Assembly (NCBI GenBank): GCA_965248835.1
Contig: CBDFLJ010000001.1
Coordinates: 576,001 to 640,000 of the forward strand
Length of the DNA stretch: 64,000 bases
Direction: 5' to 3'
From: Alphaproteobacteria bacterium
GTDB taxonomy: Bacteria; Pseudomonadota; Alphaproteobacteria; MPNO01
This document shows, one piece after another, positions 1 through 9,393 of this stretch. The first letter of the stretch is position 1; each line of letters opens with the position of its first letter. Both the position numbers and the translations under genes were made by a program. A model generated the notes under the pieces. The model made no database searches, was not told the DNA's origin, and worked only from the letters and a program-made list of their open reading frames with translations.

Positions 1-845
1 TCCACGGTGAACTCGCGCACCGGCTGGTCGGGATGGCTCTGATAGGCGAACCTCAGCCCGATCGAGGAGAAATATTCGGCATCGCGCAGGATGCCGGCGC
101 CGACATCGGCGATCGCCTCCTGCCGGCTGTCGGCGAGGTAGACGCAGGTCGCAAGCCGCCAGTCATCGCGCGAGACGGTCGTGCCCAAGCCGGCGGCCAC
201 CCCTTCCAACCGGTCCCAGCGCTCGGCCAGCGTGCCGTAGGGGCCAACGTTCTTTCCGGTGGGCATCAACAGGCCGGTGCCGTGCCTGGCAACCAGGCCG
301 AAGCTGTCGTCGCTGCCCGATGAGGCCACCGTGATCGGCAAACGCGGCTGCTGGTAGGCGCGCAGTTGCAGGCGCATGTCTTCGAACGACCAGAAATCAC
401 CGCGATGGCTGATCGGCTCGGGCGAGTCCAGCAGCCGCACGATGATGTCCAGCGCCTCGGACATCATCGGATAGAGCTTGGCGTCGGGCAGCCGGAAGAG
501 CTTCTTGTCGGTGATCAAATTGCTGGGCCCGATGCCCAGGATCGCGCGACCCTTGGTCAGGTGGTCGAGGAAGGCGATGCGCTCGGCGACGTGGAACGGA
601 TGGTGGAACGGCAGGCTGACCACCGAGGTGCCGAGCCTGATGCGGTGCGCATTCGCCGCTGCCATCGCCAGCGCCATCTCGGGCGCCGGCATGGTCTCCC
701 AACCGCCTGAATGGTGCTCGCCGATGAAGAACTCGTCATAGTCCAGCTCGTCGGCCAGATGGATGAACGAGATGTCGCGCTGAAACGCCAGCGCCGGGTT
801 CTCCGAGGGATGATGCACCGGCATCATGAAAAACGAGAACTTCAA
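1..845 (-). CDS. LLM (luciferase-like) flavin-dependent oxidoreductase, 3' end runs off the window
   Basis: Absent from the ORF track because it has no stop in the window. Manual translation from TTG at 845 gives MKFSFFMMPVHHPSENPALAFQRDISFIHLADELDYDEFFIGEHHSGGWE...RIRLGTSVVSLPFHHPFHVAERIAFLDHLTKGRAILGIG, with the typical LLM GEHH and LDHLTKGR motifs. AGGGG RBS upstream. Confidence 0.9.
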   Translation of the reverse strand, partial: MKFSFFMMPVHHPSENPALAFQRDISFIHLADELDYDEFFIGEHHSGGWETMPAPEMALAMAAANAHRIRLGTSVVSLPFHHPFHVAERIAFLDHLTKGRAILGIGPSNLITDKKLFRLPDAKLYPMMSEALDIIVRLLDSPEPISHRGDFWSFEDMRLQLRAYQQPRLPITVASSGSDDSFGLVARHGTGLLMPTGKNVGPYGTLAERWDRLEGVAAGLGTTVSRDDWRLATCVYLADSRQEAIADVGAGILRDAEYFSSIGLRFAYQSHPDQPVREFTV

Positions 846-1025
846 GACCTGCCCCTGTTCGGGTTTCGGTTTGCCACGCGAGGGAGTCTATCGACGGGCG
901 CGCCCTGCTGCCAGTTCACCGCGGACACCATTCGCACCGGCCGCGCCGGCAGGTTATCTTGCACATCGCGCGCGGCCGGGCGCGCCGCCGTCAAGGATCG
1001 ATGCCGCTGGGGAGGCGGGGCTTGA

Positions 1026-2504
1026 ATGAGTGATTCCGGGTTCGATGTCGTCGTCGTGGGCGCCGGAAACGCGGCGCTGTGCGCGGCCCTTGCCGCGGAG
1101 GAGAACGGCGCCAAGGTGCTGGTGCTCGAGCGCGCGAACGAAGACGAGTCCGGCGGCAATTCGCGCTTCACCGCCGGCGCGATGCGGGTGGTCTATGACG
1201 GGGTCGACGACCTCAAGGCGATGATGCCCGACCTCACCAACGAAGAGATCGCGCTGACCGATTTCGGCACCTACACCCAGGACCAGTTCTACGACGACAT
1301 GGCTCGGGTCACCCAGTACCGCGCCGACCCCGACATGGTCGAGCTCCTGGTCACCCGGAGCCGCGACACGCTGCTGTGGATGCGAGACAAGGGCGTGCGG
1401 TTCGCGCCGATCTGGGGCCGCCAGGCGTTCAAGGTCGACGGCAGGTTCAAGTTCTGGGGCGGGCTGACGGTCGAGGCGTGGGGCGGCGGGCCGGGCCTGG
1501 TCGAGGCGCTGCACGACAGCGCGCGCAAGCGCGGCATCGAGATCCGCTACGGCAGCCGCGCGGTCGCGCTTCTGTTCGACGGCATCACCGTCAGCGGGGT
1601 CCGCGTCAAGCACGCCGCCAAGATCGAGGAGATCCGAGCCCGGGCCGTCGTCCTGGCCGCCGGCGGCTTCCAGGGCAACTACGAATGGCGCACACGCTAT
1701 CTGGGCCCGGGCTGGGAGCTCGCCAAGGTCCGCGGCACGCGGTTCAACACCGGCGACGGCATCCGCATGGCGCTCGACATCGGCGCTATGCCCTACGGCA
1801 ACTGGTCGGGCTGCCACGCGGTCGGCTGGGAGCGCAACGCGCCGGAATTCGGCGACCTCGCAGTGGGCGACCAGTTCCAGAAGCACAGCTATCCCTTCGC
1901 CATCATGGTCAACGCCGACGGCAAGCGCTTCGTCGATGAGGGCGCGGACTTCCGCAACTACACCTATGCCAAGTACGGCCGCGTGATCCTCGAGCAGCCG
2001 GGCCAGTTCGCCTGGCAGATCTTCGATGCCAAGGTCGCCCATCTCAAGCGCGACGAGTACAACATCCGCCAGGTCACCAAGGCCACGGCGGACACGCTGG
2101 AGGCGCTCGCCCCACAGCTCGACGGCGTCGACCCGGACGCGTTCCTGGCCACCGTGGCGGCGTACAACCGGGCCGTCCGCACCGACATCCCGTTCGATCC
2201 CAACGTCAAGGACGGCCGCTGCACCGAGGGTCTGGAGATCCCCAAGTCCAACTGGGCCAACGTGCTCGACACCCCGCCGTTCGAGGCCTATGCGGTGACT
2301 TGCGGGATCACGTTCACCTTCGGCGGCCTGCGGATCAACACCGAAGGCCAGGTGCTGGACACCGAGGAAGAGCCGATCCCGGGCCTCTATGCGGCCGGAG
2401 AACTGGTCGGCGGCATCTTCTACTTCAACTATCCCGGTGGCAGCGGCCTGACCTCGGGCTCGGTGTTCGGCAAGATCGCCGGCACCTCGGCCGGGCGCGC
2501 GTGA
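1026..2504 (+). CDS. tcuA: FAD-dependent tricarballylate dehydrogenase TcuA-like flavoprotein
   Basis: GAGNAA FAD motif, GGNSRFTAG, RFVDEGAD, GITFTFGGL and YPGGSGL motifs; GGAGG RBS. Confidence 0.8.
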   Translation: MSDSGFDVVVVGAGNAALCAALAAEENGAKVLVLERANEDESGGNSRFTAGAMRVVYDGVDDLKAMMPDLTNEEIALTDFGTYTQDQFYDDMARVTQYRADPDMVELLVTRSRDTLLWMRDKGVRFAPIWGRQAFKVDGRFKFWGGLTVEAWGGGPGLVEALHDSARKRGIEIRYGSRAVALLFDGITVSGVRVKHAAKIEEIRARAVVLAAGGFQGNYEWRTRYLGPGWELAKVRGTRFNTGDGIRMALDIGAMPYGNWSGCHAVGWERNAPEFGDLAVGDQFQKHSYPFAIMVNADGKRFVDEGADFRNYTYAKYGRVILEQPGQFAWQIFDAKVAHLKRDEYNIRQVTKATADTLEALAPQLDGVDPDAFLATVAAYNRAVRTDIPFDPNVKDGRCTEGLEIPKSNWANVLDTPPFEAYAVTCGITFTFGGLRINTEGQVLDTEEEPIPGLYAAGELVGGIFYFNYPGGSGLTSGSVFGKIAGTSAGRA

Positions 2505-2514
2505 GGAGTTGGCC

Positions 2515-3588
2515 ATGACCGTCGTCGTCGCCCAGGACGATCCGATCATCCGCAACATCCAGGTCGTCCTCGACCCCGATGCGCCGCGCGACCGCGTCGA
2601 TGCGATCGCCGACTACTTCTCCGTCGATATTCCCCGGTTCGCCCAATGGTGCGACGACCTGCGCGGCCGCGCGAGCCGGGTGTGGCCGGCCCGGTTCCGT
2701 ATGATCGAGGAGCAGGCCGATTTCGCCGGCGCTCTCGGCGATGCCGAGGGCGCCATCGTGGAGACCTTCACCGTCGGCGAGGCCGAGCTCGCGTCGGCGC
2801 CGCGTCTGAAGATCGTCCACAAGTTCGGCATCGATCTGCGCAACATCGACCTCGAGGCCTGCGCGCGCCGCGGCGTCGTGGTCAAGCCGCTCCGGCGGCG
2901 GGTCAACGGGGCGGTGGCCGAGCATGCGTTCGCGATGATGCTGGCGCTGGCCAAGCGGATCTGCGTTCTCAACGGCCGCATCGATATTGCCAGCCTGGAA
3001 GAGGCCGGATACGCCCCCAGGCTCTACGACCGGCGCCATTGCGGGGCGTCCAACTGGGGCCGGGTCGGCGGGCTCGGCACGCTGGCGGGGGCGACGCTGG
3101 GCGCGCTCGGGCTGGGCGAGATCGGCCGCGAGGTGGCAAGCCGGGCCGCGGCCTTCGGGATGGAGGTGCTGTACCACCAGCGCAACCGGCTGCCAGAGGA
3201 TGTCGAACGCGCGCATTCGGCGACCTATTGCGGCTTCGAGGCGCTGCTGGAGCGGGCCGACTACCTCACCATCCAGCTTCCGGCGACGCCCCAGACCCGC
3301 AACATGATCGACGGGGCCGCCTTTTCCCGGATGAAGCAGGGCGCGTGCCTCATCAATATCTCGCGCGCCTCGATCATCGACCGGCAAGCGCTGATCGAGG
3401 CGCTGCAGAGCGGCCGGCTGGGCGGCGCCGGGCTCGACGTGTTCTGGGAGGAGCCGGCGGCGCCGGGCGATCCCCTGATCGGGTTCCCCAACGTGATCAC
3501 CACGCCGCACACCGCGGTGGCCGCCCGCTGGAACGGCGCCGCCGACATCGAGGAGTTGGTGATGAACCTCGACGGGGCGATGCGCTGA
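2515..3588 (+). CDS. D-isomer-specific 2-hydroxyacid dehydrogenase family protein
   Basis: VAEHA, GLGEIG, LINISRA, GAGLDVF and TPHTA motifs; GAGGAG RBS before ATG 2515. Confidence 0.85.
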   Translation: MTVVVAQDDPIIRNIQVVLDPDAPRDRVDAIADYFSVDIPRFAQWCDDLRGRASRVWPARFRMIEEQADFAGALGDAEGAIVETFTVGEAELASAPRLKIVHKFGIDLRNIDLEACARRGVVVKPLRRRVNGAVAEHAFAMMLALAKRICVLNGRIDIASLEEAGYAPRLYDRRHCGASNWGRVGGLGTLAGATLGALGLGEIGREVASRAAAFGMEVLYHQRNRLPEDVERAHSATYCGFEALLERADYLTIQLPATPQTRNMIDGAAFSRMKQGACLINISRASIIDRQALIEALQSGRLGGAGLDVFWEEPAAPGDPLIGFPNVITTPHTAVAARWNGAADIEELVMNLDGAMR

Positions 3589-4958
3589 GCACCACCGCGA
3601 CCGGGCAGATCGCCGCGTTTGCCGCCGGGCTGCGCTTCGAGGACCTGCCCGAGCCGGTGCTCGAGCGCGGCCGCGCCCACATTCTGGATGCGCTCGGCCT
3701 TGCGATCGCCGGTGCCGGCTCACAGACCTGCCGGATCGCCCGCGCCCACATCGCGAGCCTCGGCATCGCGCCCGGCGGCGCATCCGTCATGGGTACCGCG
3801 GAGAAGACCGCGCCGCGGTTCGCAGCGCTGGTCAACGGCGCCGCGATGCATGCCGACAATTTCGACGACACCAACCCGCAGCCGACGCAAGCGCGCAACG
3901 GCGGCATCCATGCCACAGCCGCGATCCTGTCGGCCGCGCTGGCGCTTGCCGAAGCGGGCGCGCTATCGGGCCGGGCGTTCTCGACCGCCTTCCACGCCGG
4001 CAACGAGGTCGCCTGCCGGCTGAGCCATGCGATCGCGGCCAGGCACTACGACAGCGGCTTCCACTACACCGCGACGCTCAACGCCTTCGGTGCGGCGGTG
4101 GCCGCTTCGATGCTGGCCGGCCTGGACGAGGCTCGTATACGGCACGCGCTCGCCTTTGCCGCGAGTTCGGCCGGGGGGGTGCGGCACAATTTCGGCTCGA
4201 TGGTCGAGATCCTGCACCCCGGATTCGCAGCCGAGGCCGGGATCCTGGCGGCAGACTTCGCGGGGCGGGGCCTGACCGGCGGCCGCGACGCGCTCGGCGG
4301 GCGCGCCGGTTACTTCGAGGCCTCGGCCGGCGGCCTGGAGGGCGAGATCGTCCTGGGCGAGCCCTGGGCGTTCGTGTCGCCCGGCGTGTCGATCAAGCCC
4401 TTCCCGAGCGGCGCGCTGACCCACCCGGCGATGACCGGCCTGCTTGCGATCAGGCGGGAGCTCGGGCTTTCGGCCGATGACGTCGCGGCCATCCAGGTGC
4501 GCACCAACCCCCGCATCCACGACACGCTCGCCCACCACGACCCGAGGACCGCCATGCAGGCGCGCTTCTCGATGGAGTTCTGCCTGGCCGTCGCATTGGT
4601 CGAGGGCCAAGCGGGGCTCGGCGCGTTCACCGACGCGGCGACCGCGCGCTCCGACATCCGCGCGGTGATGGAGCGCATCACCTTCGATGTCTTCGACACG
4701 CCGGGGGCGGACTACACCAACATGACCACGCTGCTGGACGTGGTGCCGCGCAACGGTCCGGTCGTCAGCCGCCGCATCGACTGGGCGATCGGCGCGGCCC
4801 AGGCGCCGATGCCGTTCGAAGACGTGGCGGAAAAGGCCCGCGGCTGCGCCGCCCACGCCGGCTGGCCGGCCAGCCGCACCGCGGCGCTGATCGAAGCGGT
4901 CGCGGAGCTGGAGCGGCTGGACGACATCGGGACCTTGGCACGGCTGGCGGCAGCGTAA
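3585..4958 (+). CDS. MmgE/PrpD family protein, probable CTG start
   Basis: C-terminal part of ORF 2646..4958: HILDALG, NGAAMHADNFDD, GFHYT, IKPFPS, ARFSMEF. The family-like N-terminus begins at CTG 3585, which overlaps the upstream TGA. Confidence 0.85.
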   Translation: MSTTATGQIAAFAAGLRFEDLPEPVLERGRAHILDALGLAIAGAGSQTCRIARAHIASLGIAPGGASVMGTAEKTAPRFAALVNGAAMHADNFDDTNPQPTQARNGGIHATAAILSAALALAEAGALSGRAFSTAFHAGNEVACRLSHAIAARHYDSGFHYTATLNAFGAAVAASMLAGLDEARIRHALAFAASSAGGVRHNFGSMVEILHPGFAAEAGILAADFAGRGLTGGRDALGGRAGYFEASAGGLEGEIVLGEPWAFVSPGVSIKPFPSGALTHPAMTGLLAIRRELGLSADDVAAIQVRTNPRIHDTLAHHDPRTAMQARFSMEFCLAVALVEGQAGLGAFTDAATARSDIRAVMERITFDVFDTPGADYTNMTTLLDVVPRNGPVVSRRIDWAIGAAQAPMPFEDVAEKARGCAAHAGWPASRTAALIEAVAELERLDDIGTLARLAAA

Positions 4959-5047
4959 AGCCCGCAGGTTTGCCATTCCTCAGGTTTGGTGGCACGCTCG
5001 ACTTCGACCGTGCCGGCCACCACGCGCAGCACTGCGGGAGGTCTTTC

Positions 5048-6961
5048 ATCGGGTTCGAAAAGGCGTTCGCAGGGCTCGGACGGGTGGCAGCGGTCGCGAT
5101 GGCGCTGATCGCGGTCTATGTCGCGGGGATCGCGCTGTTCGACGAGGGGCTTTTGCGCGGCGGGGCGATCGGGCTCGCCGGTGTCATCGTCTTGATGATG
5201 GAACCGCTGGCGGTGCGCCACGCCAAGGCGTCGGACACCGTCAAGGCCGTGCTGTGGGCGGTCGACGTCGTCCTCCTGCTGGGATTCATCTACTGCATCT
5301 ACCTGTTCTTCACCGTCTACGAGGATCTCTGGGACGGTGTGCGGATGTTCGAGCCCTTCGAAACCGCGGTCGCCGGGTTCGGGGTGGCGGTCATCATCGA
5401 GCTCACCCGGCGGACCTTCGGCTGGGTGCTCGCGGTGATCTGCCTGCTGATGCTGGTCTATGCGATTTTCGGAGCATCGCTGCCGTGGATCTTCCGTCAC
5501 GGCGGCTACGCGGTCGATGAGATCCTGGGGACCGTCTGGTACAGCTTCGATGGGGTGTTCGGCACGCCGACCGGCATCGTGGCGACGATCGTGCTGGTCT
5601 TCATCGTCTTCGGCGCGACGCTGGAAGGCACCGGGGCGGCGGCGATCCTCCTGAAGATCGCCACGGCCGCCACCGCGGGCATCCGCGGCGGGACGGCGCA
5701 TTCGGCGATCGTCGCCAGCGCGCTGTTCGGCACGATCTCCGGCTCCACCGTCGCCAATGTCGTCGGCACCGGGGTTTTCACGATCCCGATGATCAAGCGC
5801 CAGGGCTTTCCCAACGCGTTCGCCGGTGCGGTGGAGGCCGCCGCCTCCAGCGGCGGCCAGTTTACGCCGCCGATCATGGCCGCGGTCGTCTTCCTGATGG
5901 CCGAGCTGATCGGAACGCCCTACCTGGTGATCTGCGCGGCCGCTGCTTTGCCGGCGTTGTTCTACTATATGAGCCTGTTCGCGTCGGTCTATGCCGAGGC
6001 GGTGCGGCGCGGCATCCAGCCGATGCCGGAAAGCGCGCGCCAGCGGCTCACCCGCGACGACGCCTTGCAGGCGATGCGGTTCGTCGTGCCGATCGCGGTG
6101 GTGGTTATCGTCCTGTTCGCCGGCCGCTCGCCCGCGATGGCGGGTTTCTGGGCGCTGATCTCCGCGATCGCGGTCGGGGTGCTGCTCGATACCGAGTTCC
6201 GGACCAGGCCGCGGAAGTTCCTCGGGCCGCTCGCGCGCGGCGGCCATGCCTGCGCGCGGATCATGATCGCCGTGGGTGCGATCGGCATCGTCATCGGCGT
6301 GATCAACACCACCGGGCTGGGGCTGCGCTTCGCCGCGGCCATCGTTGCGATCGGCGACGGCTCGCTGTGGCTCGCGCTGCTGCTGGCGATGGTCTCATGC
6401 CTGATCCTCGGCATGGGGCTGCCGACTCTTCCGGCCTACCTGATCATCGTCCTGGTGATGGGTCCGGCGATCACCAAGCTTGGCATCCCGGCGCTCCTGG
6501 TCCACCTGTTCGTCCTCTATTACGGCGTCTTGTCGAACATCACCCCGCCGGTGGCGATCGCGGCCTACGCCGCCGCGCCGATTGCCGGCGCAAACCCGAT
6601 GATGACCGGGCTGCAGGCGATCCGGATCGCCGCGGTCGGCTTCATCATTCCCTTCGTGATGATCTACAACCCCTCGCTCACCCTGGTTGTCGGGTTCGGC
6701 TGGGCGCCGTTCCTGTGGATCATCCTGCGCCTGCCGGTGGCGATCTGGCTGATCGCCACCGCGTTCAGCGGCCATGACAGGCACGGCCTGTCGCCGATTG
6801 AACGCGGGTTGCGGATCGTCTGCGGATTCGGAATGCTGTGGTCGGACGTGCCGATCGCAGCGGTCGGGTTCGCCGGCGGGCTTGCCCTGGTTCTGTTCGA
6901 TTGGCTGCGGAAACCGTCGCGACCTCTTGCGGCCGCGGCCTCCGGCGAAGGCGGTGAATGA
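5048..6961 (+). CDS. TRAP transporter fused 4TM/12TM permease (TAXI-type); start uncertain (ATC 5048 preferred)
   Basis: ELTRR, FGTISGSTVANVVGTGVFTIPM, EAAASSGGQFTPPIM, LGMGLPT, LSNITPPVA; highly hydrophobic. Confidence 0.9.
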   Translation: MGFEKAFAGLGRVAAVAMALIAVYVAGIALFDEGLLRGGAIGLAGVIVLMMEPLAVRHAKASDTVKAVLWAVDVVLLLGFIYCIYLFFTVYEDLWDGVRMFEPFETAVAGFGVAVIIELTRRTFGWVLAVICLLMLVYAIFGASLPWIFRHGGYAVDEILGTVWYSFDGVFGTPTGIVATIVLVFIVFGATLEGTGAAAILLKIATAATAGIRGGTAHSAIVASALFGTISGSTVANVVGTGVFTIPMIKRQGFPNAFAGAVEAAASSGGQFTPPIMAAVVFLMAELIGTPYLVICAAAALPALFYYMSLFASVYAEAVRRGIQPMPESARQRLTRDDALQAMRFVVPIAVVVIVLFAGRSPAMAGFWALISAIAVGVLLDTEFRTRPRKFLGPLARGGHACARIMIAVGAIGIVIGVINTTGLGLRFAAAIVAIGDGSLWLALLLAMVSCLILGMGLPTLPAYLIIVLVMGPAITKLGIPALLVHLFVLYYGVLSNITPPVAIAAYAAAPIAGANPMMTGLQAIRIAAVGFIIPFVMIYNPSLTLVVGFGWAPFLWIILRLPVAIWLIATAFSGHDRHGLSPIERGLRIVCGFGMLWSDVPIAAVGFAGGLALVLFDWLRKPSRPLAAAASGEGGE

Positions 6962-6983
6962 ACCGAGAAACGGGAGGACTTTC

Positions 6984-8018
6984 ATGAAACGGACCAGCAT
7001 GCGAATCGCAGCCGCGCTCGGTGCCGGTGCGATCGCGCTCGGCCTGGCGGGCGCAGCCCAGGCCAAGGACTTTTACAAGATGGGGACCTTCCCGCCCGGG
7101 ACCACGGTCTTCATCGCGATGACCGCTTTTGCCAACGCGGTCAACAAATACGTTCCCGACATGGAGATCCAGGTCTCGGCGACCGGCCCGGCGACCCAGC
7201 ACATGCTGATGGTCAGCCAGGGAAGGATGGACTTCACCCTCTATGCGCAGACCGCCTATCGGCTGATGTACAAGCAGATCGGACCGTTCAAGCGGCTGAA
7301 GGACGGCCCGGAGCGGGTCAAGAAGCTGGCCCAGGTGTTCACCTTCCCGATCGGGCTGTACCACTTCGTCACCTACGCCGATTCGGACATCCGCACGCTT
7401 GCCGACATCAAGGGCAAGAAGGTCTTCATCGGACCGCCGGGCGGGGTTGCGACCCGCAACGTGCGGCTGATCGTCGAAAGCCAGACCGGCTATCTGCCCG
7501 GGCGCGACTACAAGCAGGTCAAGATGGGCTGGGGACCGGCGGCACAGGCCTTCCAGGACCGCAAATACGACGTCTGGATCCCGACCACCAACGCGCCCAG
7601 CCCGCAGGTCCAGCAGATCGCGCTCAACAACAAGATCCGCCTGCTCGACCTCGATGAGTCGAAATTCGGCCACGCGAGCTGGCGGAAATACGATTCCCAG
7701 CCCGGGCGCATCCTGAACGCGATCGGCCCCGACGTTTACGGGCCGAACCAGGTCAACACCGAGCCGGTCGTCGCCACCGGCGCCTGGGTCGGGCTCGCCG
7801 CGCGGGCCTCGATCCCGGCGGAGAAAATGTACAGGATGGTCAAGGCTTTCTGGGAACACATCGACGAGGCCCATGAGATGGCCAAGTGGATGAAGAACGC
7901 GGTCAGCATCGAGCACGCGGCCAGGCACACCGCGGGCGCCGTCCATCCCGGCGCCGCCAAGTACTACCGCGAGCGCGGCATCGAGATCGAGATGCCCTAC
8001 ACGCTGGTGAAGAAGTAG
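6984..8018 (+). CDS. TAXI family TRAP solute-binding protein
   Basis: Signal peptide ending AQA, DIKGKKVFIGPPGG, HPGAAKYYRE; GGGAGG RBS. Confidence 0.9.
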   Translation: MKRTSMRIAAALGAGAIALGLAGAAQAKDFYKMGTFPPGTTVFIAMTAFANAVNKYVPDMEIQVSATGPATQHMLMVSQGRMDFTLYAQTAYRLMYKQIGPFKRLKDGPERVKKLAQVFTFPIGLYHFVTYADSDIRTLADIKGKKVFIGPPGGVATRNVRLIVESQTGYLPGRDYKQVKMGWGPAAQAFQDRKYDVWIPTTNAPSPQVQQIALNNKIRLLDLDESKFGHASWRKYDSQPGRILNAIGPDVYGPNQVNTEPVVATGAWVGLAARASIPAEKMYRMVKAFWEHIDEAHEMAKWMKNAVSIEHAARHTAGAVHPGAAKYYRERGIEIEMPYTLVKK

Positions 8019-8027
8019 GCGGCAACG

Positions 8028-8067
8028 GATCCGGGGCCGGAGTCCGCTCGGGCTCCGGCCCGGATCG
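8028..8067. repeat. Long GC-rich intergenic hairpin (mRNA stabiliser, REP-like or weak terminator)
   Basis: GATCCGGGGCCGGAGTCCG..CGGGCTCCGGCCCGGATC just after the TAXI stop; no U-tract. Confidence 0.5.
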
Positions 8068-8088
8068 AGACGGAAAAGGAGAGCCGCC

Positions 8089-8553
8089 ATGGCCGAGGCG
8101 CGGATCGTCCGAAACGCCGAGGGCGACATCTACCATCCCCTGTGGCTGTTCAAGCACGGCAGCCTGCGCGGCGGCCGGTTCGACTTCATGGTGGGGGACA
8201 TCGGATACCTCGCCGGCCCGCCGCTGCATGTCCATCGCGAGCAGGACGACACGTTGTTCGTGCTGGAGGGCGTGCTCGCGGTCCAGGTCGAAGACGAGGT
8301 GATCGATCTCGGGCCGGGCGATTTCGCCACCGTCCCGCCCGGCATCCGGCATACCTTCGACAATATCCGCAAGGACCAGCCGCCGGTCAGGGTGTGCAAC
8401 CTGATGACCCCCGGCGGTCTCGACCGGCAGTTCCGCGACATCGCGGCACTTGGCGATAACGGGGGCGACCCCGCAAGCCTCGCCCGGCTCCGCGAGGAAC
8501 ACGGCACCACCTTGGTCGGCCCGACGCTGGGGGCCAAGCTCGGCCTCACCTGA
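8089..8553 (+). CDS. Cupin domain protein (quercetinase-like)
   Basis: GPPLHVHREQDD..VLEG and GPGDFATVPPGIRHTF cupin motifs. Confidence 0.85.
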   Translation: MAEARIVRNAEGDIYHPLWLFKHGSLRGGRFDFMVGDIGYLAGPPLHVHREQDDTLFVLEGVLAVQVEDEVIDLGPGDFATVPPGIRHTFDNIRKDQPPVRVCNLMTPGGLDRQFRDIAALGDNGGDPASLARLREEHGTTLVGPTLGAKLGLT

Positions 8554-8559
8554 GCCCAG

Positions 8560-9393
8560 CTATTCCGGACGGTCGGGCCAGAGCGCCGCGAGGTCCGCGG
8601 CGGCCAGGTCGACATTTCGGGCGGCGACGTTCTCGCGCAGATGATCGATCCTGCTCGTGCCGGGGATCGGCAGCATGACCGGGGAGCGGTGCAGCAGCGC
8701 GGCCAGCGCGATCTGGGCCGGGCTCGCGCCGTGCTTGTCAGCCAGCCGGCGCAGGCCCGGGTCGTCCCAGGAGATGCCGCCATCGCCCAACGGCATCCAG
8801 GGGATGAAGACGATCCCGTTGGCCTCGCAATAGGACAGCACCTCGTCGTTCCACCGGTGCCGGACATTGTAGGGGTTCTGCACCGAGACGATTTGGGCTT
8901 TGGCGCGGGCGGTCTCGAGGTGATGCAGCCGGACGTTGGAGACGCCGATATGGCGGATCTTCCCCTCGGCCTGCAGGTCCGCGAGGGTGCCGATGGATTC
9001 CGCGTAGGGCACGCTCGGGTCCGGACAGTGCAGTTGGTAGAGGGTGATCGCCTCGAGCCCGAGGCGGTGCAGGCTGCCTTCCAGGACCGAGCGCAGCCGC
9101 TCCGGCCGGGCGTCGGATATCCAGGCGCCGAGCCGTTCGTGGCGGAAACCGCCCTTGGTGGCGATGATCAAGCCCTCATAGGGGTGGAGCGCCGCACGCA
9201 CCGCCTGCTCGGCCGCGCCGTTGCCGTAGGAGTCCGCGGTATCGAAGACGCGCACACCGAGCCGGGCCGCCTCGCCCAGCACCGCCGGGGCGTCGGGGCG
9301 GGCAGGTCCGAAGCCGCGCCGGTCGGTGAGATAGAGCGTGCCGAAACCGATGCGCGGGACCTCGGCCCCGCACAAGCGGAGCGTGCCGGTCAT
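8560..9393 (-). CDS. Aldo/keto reductase
   Basis: FDTADSYG, IATKGG, LYQLH, GKIRHIGVSN, PIPGTS. Confidence 0.9.
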   Translation of the reverse strand: MTGTLRLCGAEVPRIGFGTLYLTDRRGFGPARPDAPAVLGEAARLGVRVFDTADSYGNGAAEQAVRAALHPYEGLIIATKGGFRHERLGAWISDARPERLRSVLEGSLHRLGLEAITLYQLHCPDPSVPYAESIGTLADLQAEGKIRHIGVSNVRLHHLETARAKAQIVSVQNPYNVRHRWNDEVLSYCEANGIVFIPWMPLGDGGISWDDPGLRRLADKHGASPAQIALAALLHRSPVMLPIPGTSRIDHLRENVAARNVDLAAADLAALWPDRPE

